From contig CAWKBC010000017.1 of NCBI GenBank assembly GCA_963847705.1, positions 192,001 through 256,000 of the forward strand: a DNA stretch of 64,000 nucleotides, in the 5' to 3' direction. Positions 40,120 to 50,892 of this stretch are shown here, in pieces. The notes beneath the pieces were generated by a model, which saw only the letters and a list, made by a program, of their open reading frames with translations, was not told the origin of the DNA and did no database searches. Each line of letters starts with the position of its first letter. Position 1 is the stretch's first letter. This stretch comes from an uncultured Pseudomonadota bacterium (GTDB taxonomy: Bacteria; Myxococcota_A; Polyangia; Fen-1088). Made by a program: the position numbers and the translations under genes.

Positions 40120-41406
40120 GTGGACTCCGCGCCGCGCTGCCAGGACGAGGCGATCCTGACCCCGTCGGGCGAGCACGCGGTGGTGAGCCAGCTGCAGAGC
40201 ATGGCCTACCAGCGGATGATCCCGCTCAACGTCTCGCTCGAGCTGACGCTCAAGTGCAACATCCGGTGCCTCCACTGCTACAACTTCGACCGCGACACCG
40301 CCGGCCCTGCCTGCGGCCCGCGCGACGCGGCGTCGCCGGCCGGGGCGCTGTCTCCGGAGCTGTCTCCGGAGCTGTCTCCGGAGCTGTCCTTGGAGGAGAT
40401 CTTCCGGGTGATGGGCGAGCTGCGCGCCGCGGGGACGCTGTTCCTCTCGCTCACCGGTGGCGAGGTCCTGAGCTCGCCGCATCTCTTCCCGGTGCTCGAC
40501 CGCGCGCGCGAGCTCAACCTGGCGGTCCAGATGCTGAGCAACGGGACGCTGCTCCGCCCCGGCGTGGCGGCGCGCCTGGCGGGCTATCGCAACCTCCTCG
40601 GCGTCAGCATCAGCGTCTACGGCGCGACGCCGGAGGTGCACGACGCCATCACGCAGATCCGCGGCTCCTGGCGGCGGACGCTCGACGGCGCCGAGCGGCT
40701 GCGCGCCCAGGGGGTGGCCGTGCGCCTCAAGCTGATCGTGATGCGCCCGAACGTGCATGAGGTGGGCGCGATGCGGGCGCTCTGCGACGCCCGCGGGTTC
40801 CCCTACCTGCTCGATCTCACGGTCACGGCGCGCCACGACGGCACCAAAGGGAGCCTGGCCATGCGGATCACCGAGGCCGAGCTGGCCGCGCTCTACCAGG
40901 GCCCGCTCCACGATCTCATTCCCAACGGCCGTCGCGCCGTCGACGAGGAGGCGTTCCCCTGCAACTGCGCGCGCGGAAACGCCGCCATCTCGGCGCGCGG
41001 CGACGTGTTTCCTTGCGTGTCGGTCCCCTGGAGGGCCGGCAACGTGCGCCAGCGGCCGTTCGGGGAGATCTGGCGGAGCTCGCCGGTGTTCGAACGAATC
41101 CGCGGGCTGAAGATCGCCGACTACCCGGCCTGTGCCCCCTGCCCCGACAAGTCCTTCTGCTCGCGGGATCGCGGCGCCGCCTACAACGCCTCGGGGAGCT
41201 ACACCGGGATCGACCCATTCGTCTGCGCCGCCGCCGGCGTCGCGCGGGCCGTCGCGGAGACGCGCCCCGGCGAGGCCGCGCGCCCCGGCGAGGCCGCGCG
41301 CCCCGGCGTGGCCGCGCGCCCCGGCGAGGCCGCGCGCCCCGGCGTGGACAACCGACCGCCGGCCGCGCCCGACGTCCGGCTGCCGCTGGCGGTCGCCGCC
41401 CGCTGA
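40120..41406 (+). CDS. Radical SAM / SPASM domain peptide maturase
   Basis: CNIRCLHC (CxxxCxxC), LTGGE, SNG; SPASM C..G...I...GDVFPC and CAPC-x5-C. Confidence 0.93.
   Translation: MDSAPRCQDEAILTPSGEHAVVSQLQSMAYQRMIPLNVSLELTLKCNIRCLHCYNFDRDTAGPACGPRDAASPAGALSPELSPELSPELSLEEIFRVMGELRAAGTLFLSLTGGEVLSSPHLFPVLDRARELNLAVQMLSNGTLLRPGVAARLAGYRNLLGVSISVYGATPEVHDAITQIRGSWRRTLDGAERLRAQGVAVRLKLIVMRPNVHEVGAMRALCDARGFPYLLDLTVTARHDGTKGSLAMRITEAELAALYQGPLHDLIPNGRRAVDEEAFPCNCARGNAAISARGDVFPCVSVPWRAGNVRQRPFGEIWRSSPVFERIRGLKIADYPACAPCPDKSFCSRDRGAAYNASGSYTGIDPFVCAAAGVARAVAETRPGEAARPGEAARPGVAARPGEAARPGVDNRPPAAPDVRLPLAVAAR
41263..41346 (+). repeat. In-frame 18-bp tandem repeat (~4.7 copies)
   Basis: CGCCCCGGCG(A/T)GGCCGCG encoding RPG(E/V)AA. 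Confidence 0.9.
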
Positions 41407-41448
41407 GCGCTCTTTCTTGTCGACGGACCGTCGTCAGATTTATGGTCG

Positions 41449-41961
41449 GTGACCGCCATGCCGCCGCTCGTCCCCGTCGTGGAGGTCAAACAGACGATGG
41501 CGGGGGGCGAGAAGCGCTTCGACTGCCTGCGCCTCGCCGGCGGCGCCGGGCACGCCGTTCTGCTCTGGATCACGCCGGCGCCGATGCGCGTTCATGGCGT
41601 CGAGCTGCCGGCGGGGACCATCAGCTTCGGGCACTTCTGGACCAATCGGTTCTACAACGTCTACCACTGGCTCGACGCCGACCGCCGGACGCTGGGGTTC
41701 TATTTCAACCTGGCCGACCGAACGCAAATCGGCGAGGCCGAGCTCGTGTGGCGCGATCTGGTGGTGGATGTGCTGGCGACCCCGGCCGGCCGGCTGGAGG
41801 TCCTCGACGAGGATGAGCTGCCCGTCCTCGTCGACCCGGAGGTGGCGGCCCACATCGCCGCCGGCAAAGCGGCGATTCTGGGCGCGCCGACTCTGCTGAT
41901 GGCGGAGATCGAGACCGCCTCCCGGGCGCTGTTCCCGCTGGCCTTTCCAGCGTCCGGTTAA
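41449..41961 (+). CDS. DUF402 family protein
   Basis: YNVYHW, FYFNLA, WRDLVVDV, VLDEDEL. Confidence 0.8.
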   Translation: MTAMPPLVPVVEVKQTMAGGEKRFDCLRLAGGAGHAVLLWITPAPMRVHGVELPAGTISFGHFWTNRFYNVYHWLDADRRTLGFYFNLADRTQIGEAELVWRDLVVDVLATPAGRLEVLDEDELPVLVDPEVAAHIAAGKAAILGAPTLLMAEIETASRALFPLAFPASG

Positions 41962-42905
41962 GGGAGCTCGACCACCACGGGCTCGCGCGCGATCGCCGAC
42001 AGTGAGAATCCGCCGACGAGCGCGGCGGCCGGCAGCGACCGGCCGGGAGGACGAAGACCTGCCGAGGCGGCCAGCGCTCCCACCACGGTCTCGGGCGCCA
42101 CCCCCCGATCGCGCAGCGAGGCGAGCGTCGCCGGGCGCGTCCGCTTCGCCAGCCGCTCGCCGCCGGGCGTGACCACCAGCGGAACGTGTGCGAAGGCCGG
42201 CGGGGTCAGCTCGAGCGCGCGGTAAAGCGCGATCTGCCGCGGGGTCGAGCGCAGCAGATCGTCGCCGCGCACGACGCGCGTCACCTGCATCGCCGCGTCG
42301 TCGACGACCACGGCCAGCTGGTACGCGGCGGTGCCGTCGGCGCGGCGCAGGACGAAGTCGTCGACGCCACCCGCCTCGCTGGTCACCGCGCCATGAACCT
42401 CGTCGACGAAGTCGATCCGTTGCCCGCGGCCCACGAACCGCACGGCCGGCGCTCTCCCCTGGGCCTCCGCGCGCGCCGTCACGGCGGCGGGGTCGGTGTC
42501 GCGGCAGGTCCCGGGGTAGCGCGGCTCTGCCGCGGCGTCGTCATGCGGCGCGCTGGCGGCGCGGGCCACGTCGGCGCGCGAGCAGGCGCAGAGGAACGCC
42601 CGTTGCGAGACCAGCAGCCGCTCGATCGCCGCGTCGTAGTCTCGGGTGCGCTCGCTCTGTCGGTAGGGCGCGAACGGACCGCCGCGATCGGGCCCCTCGT
42701 CCCAGTCGAGCCCCAACCAGGCGAGATCCTCGAGCTGTCGCCGCTCGGCGTCGGGCTGCAGGCGTGCCCGATCGAGATCTTCGATCCGCATCAGGAAAGC
42801 GCCCCCCGCGCTGCGGGCGTCGAGCCAGGCGAAGAGCGCGGTCCGCGCGTTGCCGAGGTGAAGCTGGCCGGTGGGGCTGGGGGCGAAGCGGCCGCGGACC
42901 GGCAT
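41958..42905 (-). CDS. gluQ: Glutamyl-Q tRNA(Asp) synthetase
   Basis: RFAPSPTGQLHLGN, RIEDLD, CACSR, YQLAVVVDD, RLAKR; no anticodon-binding domain. Confidence 0.93.
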   Translation of the reverse strand: MPVRGRFAPSPTGQLHLGNARTALFAWLDARSAGGAFLMRIEDLDRARLQPDAERRQLEDLAWLGLDWDEGPDRGGPFAPYRQSERTRDYDAAIERLLVSQRAFLCACSRADVARAASAPHDDAAAEPRYPGTCRDTDPAAVTARAEAQGRAPAVRFVGRGQRIDFVDEVHGAVTSEAGGVDDFVLRRADGTAAYQLAVVVDDAAMQVTRVVRGDDLLRSTPRQIALYRALELTPPAFAHVPLVVTPGGERLAKRTRPATLASLRDRGVAPETVVGALAASAGLRPPGRSLPAAALVGGFSLSAIAREPVVVELP

Positions 42906-43447
42906 CAGTAGACGATCAGCGATTCGATCTGCGTCCCCGCCAGGCGGTCCCGGCCGCGCAGAAAGCCGAGCTCGACGGCGAACGCCAGGACGCCGACCTC
43001 GCCGCCGAGCTCGCGGACCAGCTCCAGCGTCGCCAGCGCGGTCCCGCCCGTCGCCAGCAGATCGTCGACGATGGCCACGCGCGCCCCCTCCACCACGGCG
43101 TCGGCGTGGATCTCCAGCGTGTCGGTGCCGTACTCGAGCGCGTAGCTGCGGCTGGCGGTCCGGAACGGGAGCTTCCCCGGCTTCCGCACCGGCGCGAACC
43201 CGATCCCCAGGGCAGCGGCCACCGGGGCGCCGAAGATGAAGCCCCGCGACTCGACGGCCACGACAACCTCCGGCCGATGCGGCGCCAGCCGCTCCGCCAG
43301 CAGCTCGACGGTCTGTTTGAACGCCGGGCCGTCGCCCATCAGCGGCGTCAGATCGTAGAACAGGATTCCCGGCTTCGGGAAGTCGGGGATGTCGCGGACG
43401 CGGGCGCGCAGCAGCGCCAGGCGCGGATCTTCTGTGGGCGCGCTCAT
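42905..43447 (-). CDS. apt: Adenine phosphoribosyltransferase
   Basis: PDFPKPGI, ESRGF, RKPGKLP, VDDLLATGGT. Confidence 0.97.
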   Translation of the reverse strand: MSAPTEDPRLALLRARVRDIPDFPKPGILFYDLTPLMGDGPAFKQTVELLAERLAPHRPEVVVAVESRGFIFGAPVAAALGIGFAPVRKPGKLPFRTASRSYALEYGTDTLEIHADAVVEGARVAIVDDLLATGGTALATLELVRELGGEVGVLAFAVELGFLRGRDRLAGTQIESLIVY

Positions 43448-44193
43448 GGTGTCTCCCCCAGCGGCGGTAGGTAGCTCATCGGGTCACGAGGAATTTGCCC
43501 GCGTCGGACCTCGAAGTGCAAGTGCGGTCCCGTGGCGTGCCCGCTCTGGCCGACCAGCGCGATGCGGTCACCAGCCCGGACGGACTGCCCCTGGGAGACC
43601 AGCAGGACGGAGTTGTGCGCGTACGCGGTCAGCAGATCTCCCGCGTGCTTCAGCACGATCAGATTCCCGTAGCCGCGGATGCCGGCCCCCGCATAAACCA
43701 CGCGGCCGTCGGCCGCCGCGAACACGGGCGTGCCGACCGGCGCCGGCAGATCGATCCCCTCGTGGGGCTTGCCCCAGCGGGCGCCGAACGGAGAGCCGAT
43801 CAGGATGTGGATCGTCGTCAGCGGCCAGCGGAGCGCGGGGGCCGAGCCCAGCCCCAGATCGGCCGCGGTCGCGGCGCCGGCGGTGGGGTCCGGCGCTGCT
43901 TTCGGCGCGTCCCCGGTCATCAGGAACAACAGCGTCCCCGGCTTCACCCGCGCCGCGCTCTCGAAGCCATTCAGCTCCAGGATGTCCTCGGGCGGGACGC
44001 CCGCGCGCCTGGCGATGAGGTCCAGCGTCTCCCCCGCCTCGACCACGTACCAGTGTCCGGGCGGGTTCGTGGGATGCATCGGCGGCCGGTGGCCCTGACA
44101 TCCCAGCAAGAGCAGCAGGCCCACCCAGGCGACGGCCCGGGGGCCCGGGACGGCCGCCCGGAAGCGGAGACTAGGCTGCTGGCGCGCCGCCAC
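43444..44193 (-). CDS. nlpD: LysM + M23 peptidase lipoprotein (NlpD-like)
   Basis: Lipobox LLGC, LysM, HEGID, AYAHN, GPHLHFE; surE-pcm-nlpD order. Start uncertain. Confidence 0.85.
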   Translation of the reverse strand: MAARQQPSLRFRAAVPGPRAVAWVGLLLLLGCQGHRPPMHPTNPPGHWYVVEAGETLDLIARRAGVPPEDILELNGFESAARVKPGTLLFLMTGDAPKAAPDPTAGAATAADLGLGSAPALRWPLTTIHILIGSPFGARWGKPHEGIDLPAPVGTPVFAAADGRVVYAGAGIRGYGNLIVLKHAGDLLTAYAHNSVLLVSQGQSVRAGDRIALVGQSGHATGPHLHFEVRRGQIPRDPMSYLPPLGETP

Positions 44194-44869
44194 CGACACC
44201 GAACCGGCCGAGGAGGTCGACGTATCGGCAGCGCGTGTCGTAGGAGATCGTGAAGTCGTCGCCGGTGCGACGGACGAGCGCCAGCGTCTGCTCTTCAGTG
44301 CCGCCGAGCGGTATGACCAGGCGGCCACCTTCAGCCAGCTCGGCCGCCAGGAGCGGCGGGACGCGCGGCGCGCCAGCCGAGACGATGATGACGTCGTAGG
44401 GGGCGTGCGCCGGCCAGCCGCCGCCGCCGTCGAACGTCTCCAGGGTGACGTTGCGAAGGCCGATCTCGGCCAACACCCGACGCGCGCGGGCGGCCAACGA
44501 GGGAACGATCTCGATGGCGAACACCTCCGCCGCCAGCTCTGCGAGGACGGCCGCCTGATACCCGGAGCCTGCCCCCACCTCCAGCGCGCGATCGGTCGGG
44601 TGAACCTCCGCCAGCTCGGTGGCGCGCGCCACCATGTAGGGCTGCGAGATGGTCTGGCCGTGACCGATGGACAGCGGACGATCGTCGTAGGCCATCGGGA
44701 GCAGGCGTTCGTCGACGAAGCGATGGCGGGGGACCAGCCCCATCGCCCCCAGCACCCGAGGATCGCGGATCTCACGGTGTACGAGCTGCTCGATCACCAT
44801 CGCCCGCCGCGCCTCGGCGAAGTCGTCGCCACCGTCGCCACCTCCTCGCCCCCCCCGCGTCTCGTCCAT
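44171..44869 (-). CDS. pcm: Protein-L-isoaspartate O-methyltransferase
   Basis: GQTISQPYMV, LEVGAGSGYQ, APYDVI. Confidence 0.95.
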   Translation of the reverse strand: MDETRGGRGGGDGGDDFAEARRAMVIEQLVHREIRDPRVLGAMGLVPRHRFVDERLLPMAYDDRPLSIGHGQTISQPYMVARATELAEVHPTDRALEVGAGSGYQAAVLAELAAEVFAIEIVPSLAARARRVLAEIGLRNVTLETFDGGGGWPAHAPYDVIIVSAGAPRVPPLLAAELAEGGRLVIPLGGTEEQTLALVRRTGDDFTISYDTRCRYVDLLGRFGVGGGAPAA

Positions 44870-44877
44870 GACGGTGG

Positions 44878-45669
44878 TTAACTCTTAGCGCGTTCGATCG
44901 CGGCGTGCACGAATTTCCCCACCTGCCAGTTGCCGAGCTCGCCGATGAGCCCGGTGTGGGTGAGGTCGAGGCCGAGCGGCGTCACGGAGGCGAGGCCGTC
45001 GCGCACGGCGCTGAGGTCGGAGCCCGGCAGATCGGTGGCGTTCTCCTCGGGGCCGCCGATCCAGTAGTAGGCGCGGCCGCGCAGATCCTGGCGCACCTCG
45101 ACCTGATCGCGGTAGACGCGACGGCCGAGGAAGGTCACGCGGTAGCCGGAGACAGGACCAGCCGGCAGGTTCACGCTCAGCAGCGAGGCGTCCGGAATGG
45201 CCCTGTCACCGCGCCGGAGGATCTCCTCCGCCAGCGCCGCGCCAAAGCGCGCGGCGTGAGAGAAGTCCTGTGGGCGGCGCCGCTCGAGCGACAGCGCCAG
45301 CGCCGGCACGCCCCGCAGCGCGCCCTCCACGGCGCCCGCGACCGTCCCCGAGTAGAAGACGTCGGAGCCGAGGTTGAACCCGTTGTTGATCCCCGAGACC
45401 ACCAGCGCCGGCCGTCGGGGCACGAGGTGCATCAGCGCCAGGTAGACGCAGTCGACCGGCGTGCCGTCGATCGAGAAGACGCCCTCCTCGATCTCGTCGA
45501 CCCGCAGCGGGCGGTCGAGCGAGATCGAGTGCGAGGCGGCGCTCCGCTCGCGATCCGGCGCCGCCACCATCACCTGCCCGATCGCCGCCAGCGCCTCCCG
45601 CGCCGCGCGAATCCCCGGCGCCCCCACCCCGTCGTCGTTCGTCAGCAGGATCAGCGGCTGGTCACTCAT
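44878..45669 (-). CDS. surE: 5'/3'-nucleotidase SurE
   Basis: LTNDDG, GTPVDCV, SGIN.G.N.G, YSGTV. Confidence 0.96.
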   Translation of the reverse strand: MSDQPLILLTNDDGVGAPGIRAAREALAAIGQVMVAAPDRERSAASHSISLDRPLRVDEIEEGVFSIDGTPVDCVYLALMHLVPRRPALVVSGINNGFNLGSDVFYSGTVAGAVEGALRGVPALALSLERRRPQDFSHAARFGAALAEEILRRGDRAIPDASLLSVNLPAGPVSGYRVTFLGRRVYRDQVEVRQDLRGRAYYWIGGPEENATDLPGSDLSAVRDGLASVTPLGLDLTHTGLIGELGNWQVGKFVHAAIERAKS

Positions 45670-45677
45670 CTTCATTA

Positions 45678-45753
<76 letters not shown>

Positions 45754-45799
45754 CGACTTTTGTTCTTGAGCTTCGTTTGGTCGTTTCTTTGGTTCTCTT

Positions 45800-46207
45800 C
45801 TACTTTTCTTCCGCGCAGATACGTATCAGATCTTGAAGCCCTTGCTTGATCTTTCGTAGCGTTTCCGGGGCGATTCCGGTCTGGGCGGCGGGCTGTGCCG
45901 GGACCGGCCCCTCTTCGTCGTGGCCGAGCGCGCGCAGGCGGGTGCGGGCCCCTTCGATGGTGTAGCGCTTGTCGTAGAGCAGGTGGCGAATCTTGAGCAA
46001 GAGCTCGACGTCGCGCCGCTTGTAGAGGCGCTGCTGAGAGCGGGTCTTCTGCGGCTTCACCGACTTGAACTCGGTCTCCCAGTAGCGAAGGACGTAGGGC
46101 TTCACGCCGCACAGACGCGCCGCTTCGCCGATCTTGAAGTAGGGCTTGTCCGGGATCCCCGAGCCGTCCGTCGGTGGCGCGCGGCGGGGCGATTTTCCTG
46201 GCCTCAT
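45800..46207 (-). CDS. MerR family transcriptional regulator
   Basis: YFKIGE, VLRYWETEF, YTIEGA; usual position after ihfA. Confidence 0.92.
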   Translation of the reverse strand: MRPGKSPRRAPPTDGSGIPDKPYFKIGEAARLCGVKPYVLRYWETEFKSVKPQKTRSQQRLYKRRDVELLLKIRHLLYDKRYTIEGARTRLRALGHDEEGPVPAQPAAQTGIAPETLRKIKQGLQDLIRICAEEK

Positions 46208-46232
46208 TCCCGGGGCCTCAGCGTCCGCCGGC

Positions 46233-46511
46233 TCAATCGTTGAGGACGTTCTTCAGGACCTGGCTCGGCTTGAAGGTCAGCACGCGGCGCGCGCTGATGG
46301 TGATCTCCTGGCCGGTCTGCGGGTTGCGTCCCGCGCGCGCGTTCTTGTCGCGCACCACGAAGTTGCCGAACCCGGAGATCTTGATCTTCTCCCCGCGCTC
46401 GAGCGTCTCCTTGATCGTGTCGAACACGGTCTCGACGATCTCGGCGGCCTCCTTCTTCGAGAACCCACCAACCTTCTCGTAGACGTTCTCCACAATGTCG
46501 GCCTTCGTCAT
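46233..46511 (-). CDS. ihfA: Integration host factor subunit alpha
   Basis: MTKADIV, KISGFGNF, GRNPQTG; follows pheT. Confidence 0.95.
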   Translation of the reverse strand: MTKADIVENVYEKVGGFSKKEAAEIVETVFDTIKETLERGEKIKISGFGNFVVRDKNARAGRNPQTGQEITISARRVLTFKPSQVLKNVLND

Positions 46512-46580
46512 GACCATACGTTCTATATCATCGAACCGGCTGGGCTGAAAAGCCTGCGGCCGCGGCTGAGGTCGGGCGGC

Positions 46581-49015
46581 CTACTGTCGAAGGACCACCG
46601 AGGGGGCCGCCTTCAGCGCCGCCACGATCCTGGCGTGGGCGGCGTCGACCTCCAGGTCGGTCAAGGTCCGATCCTCGGCCCGGTAGACCAGCGTCCAGAG
46701 CATCCCCTTCTTGCCGGGGGGCGCATAGCGCGGATCGCGGTAGTCCTCGAGGACGGCCAGATCGCGCAGCAGGGGCTCGGCGGCCGAGACCAGCAGCGCC
46801 CGCTGCGCGTCGGCGCTCACCGCGGCGTCGATCCAGAACGAGAGATCGCGCGACGAGGCGGGGAAACGCGGCGGGGCCACGCTGCGGACCGGGCGCCGCT
46901 CGCCGGCGATCGCGTCGAGCGCGACCTCCAGATAAAACGCCGTGGCGTCGAGGCCCAGCTTTCGCCGGAGCCGCGGGTGAATCTCCCCCACCTGGCCGAT
47001 GAGGTGTCCGGCCGTGCCGCTGGTGCGGATCTCGGCCGAGACGCCGGGGTGAAACAGCGCGGGCGCGCTGGCCGGTGTCGTCGCTGGGGCTGCCGGCACG
47101 AACGCCGGCGCCTCGACCCCCAGCACGCGCAGGAGCTCGCGGGCGATCTGCTTGGCGTCGAAGAAGTCGACCGCCTCGTCGGGCTTGAGCCAGCCGGCGC
47201 GGCGGCCGACCACGATGGCCGCGGCTGCCGGCGTCTCGACGGGGGCCTCCTTGGGATCGGCCGCGCGGCGGACGATCGGGCCGACCTCGAACAGGGCGAC
47301 GTCGGTGACACTGCGGGCGAGGTTCCGGCGGGCGGCGTCGACCAGGCCGGGGAGCAGCGACGTCCGCATCACCTCGTAGTCGGCGGAGATCGGATTCTTC
47401 AGCGCGATGCCGTCGGCCAGCCCGCCCCCCAGCGCCGCCAGCCAGGGGCGCGGGACGAAGCCCCAGCTGACGATCTCGGTCAGGCCGATGGCGGCCAGCG
47501 CGTCGCGGGCCCGATCGGCCAGCGCCTCGGGGCTGGGGGCCGGCGCGCCGCTCCCGCGCGGCAGCCGCGCCGGCGCGCGGTCATACCCGACGAGCCGCAT
47601 GACCTCCTCGACGAGATCCTCTTCGATGGTCACGTCGGGACGGAAGGTCGGCACGGTGGCGGCGATGGCGTCGGCGCCGTCGGGTGCGCTGGCGATGCCG
47701 ATCGCCGCCAGCTTCTCGGCGGCCTGCCCGAGCGGGATCTCGAAGCCCGCCAGCCGGGTGAGGCCGGCCGCCGAGAGCGTGACCCGGCGCGGATGCTGCT
47801 GCTGCGGGTAGCGGTCGATCCCCTCGCCCGCCAGCGCTCCGCCGCCGAGGCGGGCCAGCATCGCCGCGGCCCGCCGGCTGGCGTGCGGCACCCCTTCGGC
47901 GTCGACGCCGCGCTCGAACCGGTGCGACGCCTCGCTGTGCAGGCCGAGCCGCTTGGCGGTCCGGCGCACGGCGCGCGGATCGAAGGTCGCCGCCTCCAGC
48001 AGGACCGCGGTCGTCGTCGCCGAGACCTCGCTCTCGGCGCCGCCCATCACCCCCGCCAGCGCGATGGCCCCCTGCCCGTCGGCGATCACCACGTCGCCCT
48101 CCTGCAGCGGGCGCTCGACGCCGTCGAGCGTCTTGAGCTTCTCGCCCCGGTTGGCGCGCCGGGCCTGGACGATCCCGCCCCGCAGCCGATCGAGATCGAA
48201 GGCGTGCAGCGGGTGGCCGGTCTCCAGCATCACGTAGTTGGTGACGTCGACCAGGTTCGAGATCGCCCGCACGCCGCAGGCGGCGAGACGCACGCGCATC
48301 GCCAGAGGGCTGGGCCCGACCTTGAGGCCGGTGATGACGCGGGCGGCGTAGCGCGGGCAGGCCGCCGGATCGCGGATCTCGACGTCGACGCCCCGCCCTT
48401 GCGGCAGCGCGATCTGCGCGACGTTGTCGACCGGCGGCAGCCGCCAGGGGGTCTCGAACAGCGCGGCGACCTCGCGGGCGATCCCGGCGTGCGAGAGCGC
48501 GTCGGGCCGGTTCGGCGTGACGTTCACCTCGAGGATCTCGTCGAGCAGGCCGACGTGGCGCGCCAGATCGGCGCCCACCGGCGTGTCAGGAGACAGAATC
48601 AAGATTCCGTCACCTTCTTCGCCGAGCGCCCAGCTCGATCTCGCTGCAGATCATCCCCGGCGACATCACGCCGCGGATCTCGCGCCGATCGAGCGTCTTG
48701 CCGCCCGGCAGCGTCGCGCCCGGCTGCGCCCAGGCGACCTTGCCGCCCGCGGCGGGAACGTTCGGGCGCGCCGCAGACGACCTCTTCTTCGGCGCCGCCC
48801 GCCGCCAGGCGCACGATCGACAGCGTGTCGGCCGCCGGGGTGCGGCCGCTTGCCGCAGCACCTCGGCCACGACCACGCCGGTCAGATCGCGCCCCCGGCG
48901 CTCGACCGACTCGACCTCCAGGCCGGCCAGCGAGAGCCGTCCCGCGACGCTGTCGGCCGTGACGCCCGGTTTGAGGTCGACAGAGCTCGCGCAGCCAATT
49001 GAAGGAGATCTTCAC
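46581..49015 (-). CDS. pheT: Phenylalanine-tRNA ligase beta subunit (several apparent frameshifts at ~48600-48990)
   Basis: MKISFNWLRE, VVCGA, RGVMSPGMICS and TPNRPDALS lie in different frames; VDVTNYV, RFERGVD, MRTSLLPGL. Confidence 0.92.
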
Positions 49016-49029
49016 GGGTCGTCTCTAGC

Positions 49030-50113
<1,084 letters not shown>

Positions 50114-50172
50114 GGCGCGCTCGTGACGTCCTTCGACGTTTGAAGTTGCCGGGCGCGTCGGCGGGCGCGCGG

Positions 50173-50526
50173 CTAGGCCGCGGCCTGCGCGGTCTCGACG
50201 ACCTTCTTGAAGGCGGCGGGGTCGCTGATGGCGAGATCCGAGAGGATCTTGCGGTCGATGGCGATGTTGGCCTTGTCGAGCGCGGCGATCAGCCTGGAGT
50301 ACGAGACGCCCAGCTCGCGCGCGGCGGCGTTGATGCGCACGATCCAGAGCCCACGGAAGTCCGGTTTGCGCTTACGCCGGTGAAAGAGCGCATAGCGCCA
50401 CTTGCGGTGGACCGCTTCGACTGCGGCCTTCCAGAGCTTGGACCGACCGCCGCGGAAGCCCTTGGCGGCCTTCCGGATCTTGTTGCGGCGATGACGGGAC
50501 TTGTAACCACCTTTTGCGCGCGGCAT
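50173..50526 (-). CDS. rplT: 50S ribosomal protein L20
   Basis: AKGFRGGRS, FRGLWIVRINAA, IDRKILSDLA. Confidence 0.97.
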   Translation of the reverse strand: MPRAKGGYKSRHRRNKIRKAAKGFRGGRSKLWKAAVEAVHRKWRYALFHRRKRKPDFRGLWIVRINAAARELGVSYSRLIAALDKANIAIDRKILSDLAISDPAAFKKVVETAQAAA

Positions 50527-50550
50527 GACTTGGCTTTCCGACTTTCTACG

Positions 50551-50754
50551 CTAGGCGTAAGGGAGCATCGCTTTGATCTGATGCTCTTGGGTCTTGCTGA
50601 CGTAGGCGCCGCGGCGGAGCTTTCGCTTCGCGCTGGACGACTTCGCACCGAGGTTGTGGCGCAGGTAGGCTTTCTTCCGCTTGACGCGCCCGTTGGCGGT
50701 CAGCTTGAAACGCTTCTTCGCGCTGCTGTTCGACTTCATCTTGATCTTGGCCAT
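50551..50754 (-). CDS. rpmI: 50S ribosomal protein L35
   Basis: KMKSNSSAKKRFKLTANG...MLPYA; GGAG-free but directly upstream of rplT. Confidence 0.96.
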   Translation of the reverse strand: MAKIKMKSNSSAKKRFKLTANGRVKRKKAYLRHNLGAKSSSAKRKLRRGAYVSKTQEHQIKAMLPYA

Positions 50755-50892
50755 GACGGAGCGCGGAAGTATATCGATCTCGAACCTTTGGGCAAGAGAT
50801 TCCATGCCACATCGAGAACTCTTCCGCAGACCCTGTTACAGAGGCATCTTGGAGCGGTCTCGGGCCCCGAGGGCCGCCATCGAGGTCCGCCA

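Noticed and set aside
38338-41406. PQQ or lasso peptide biosynthesis
   Set aside because: No pqqB/pqqC, no ExxxY PqqA motif, no lasso cyclase or B2 protease.
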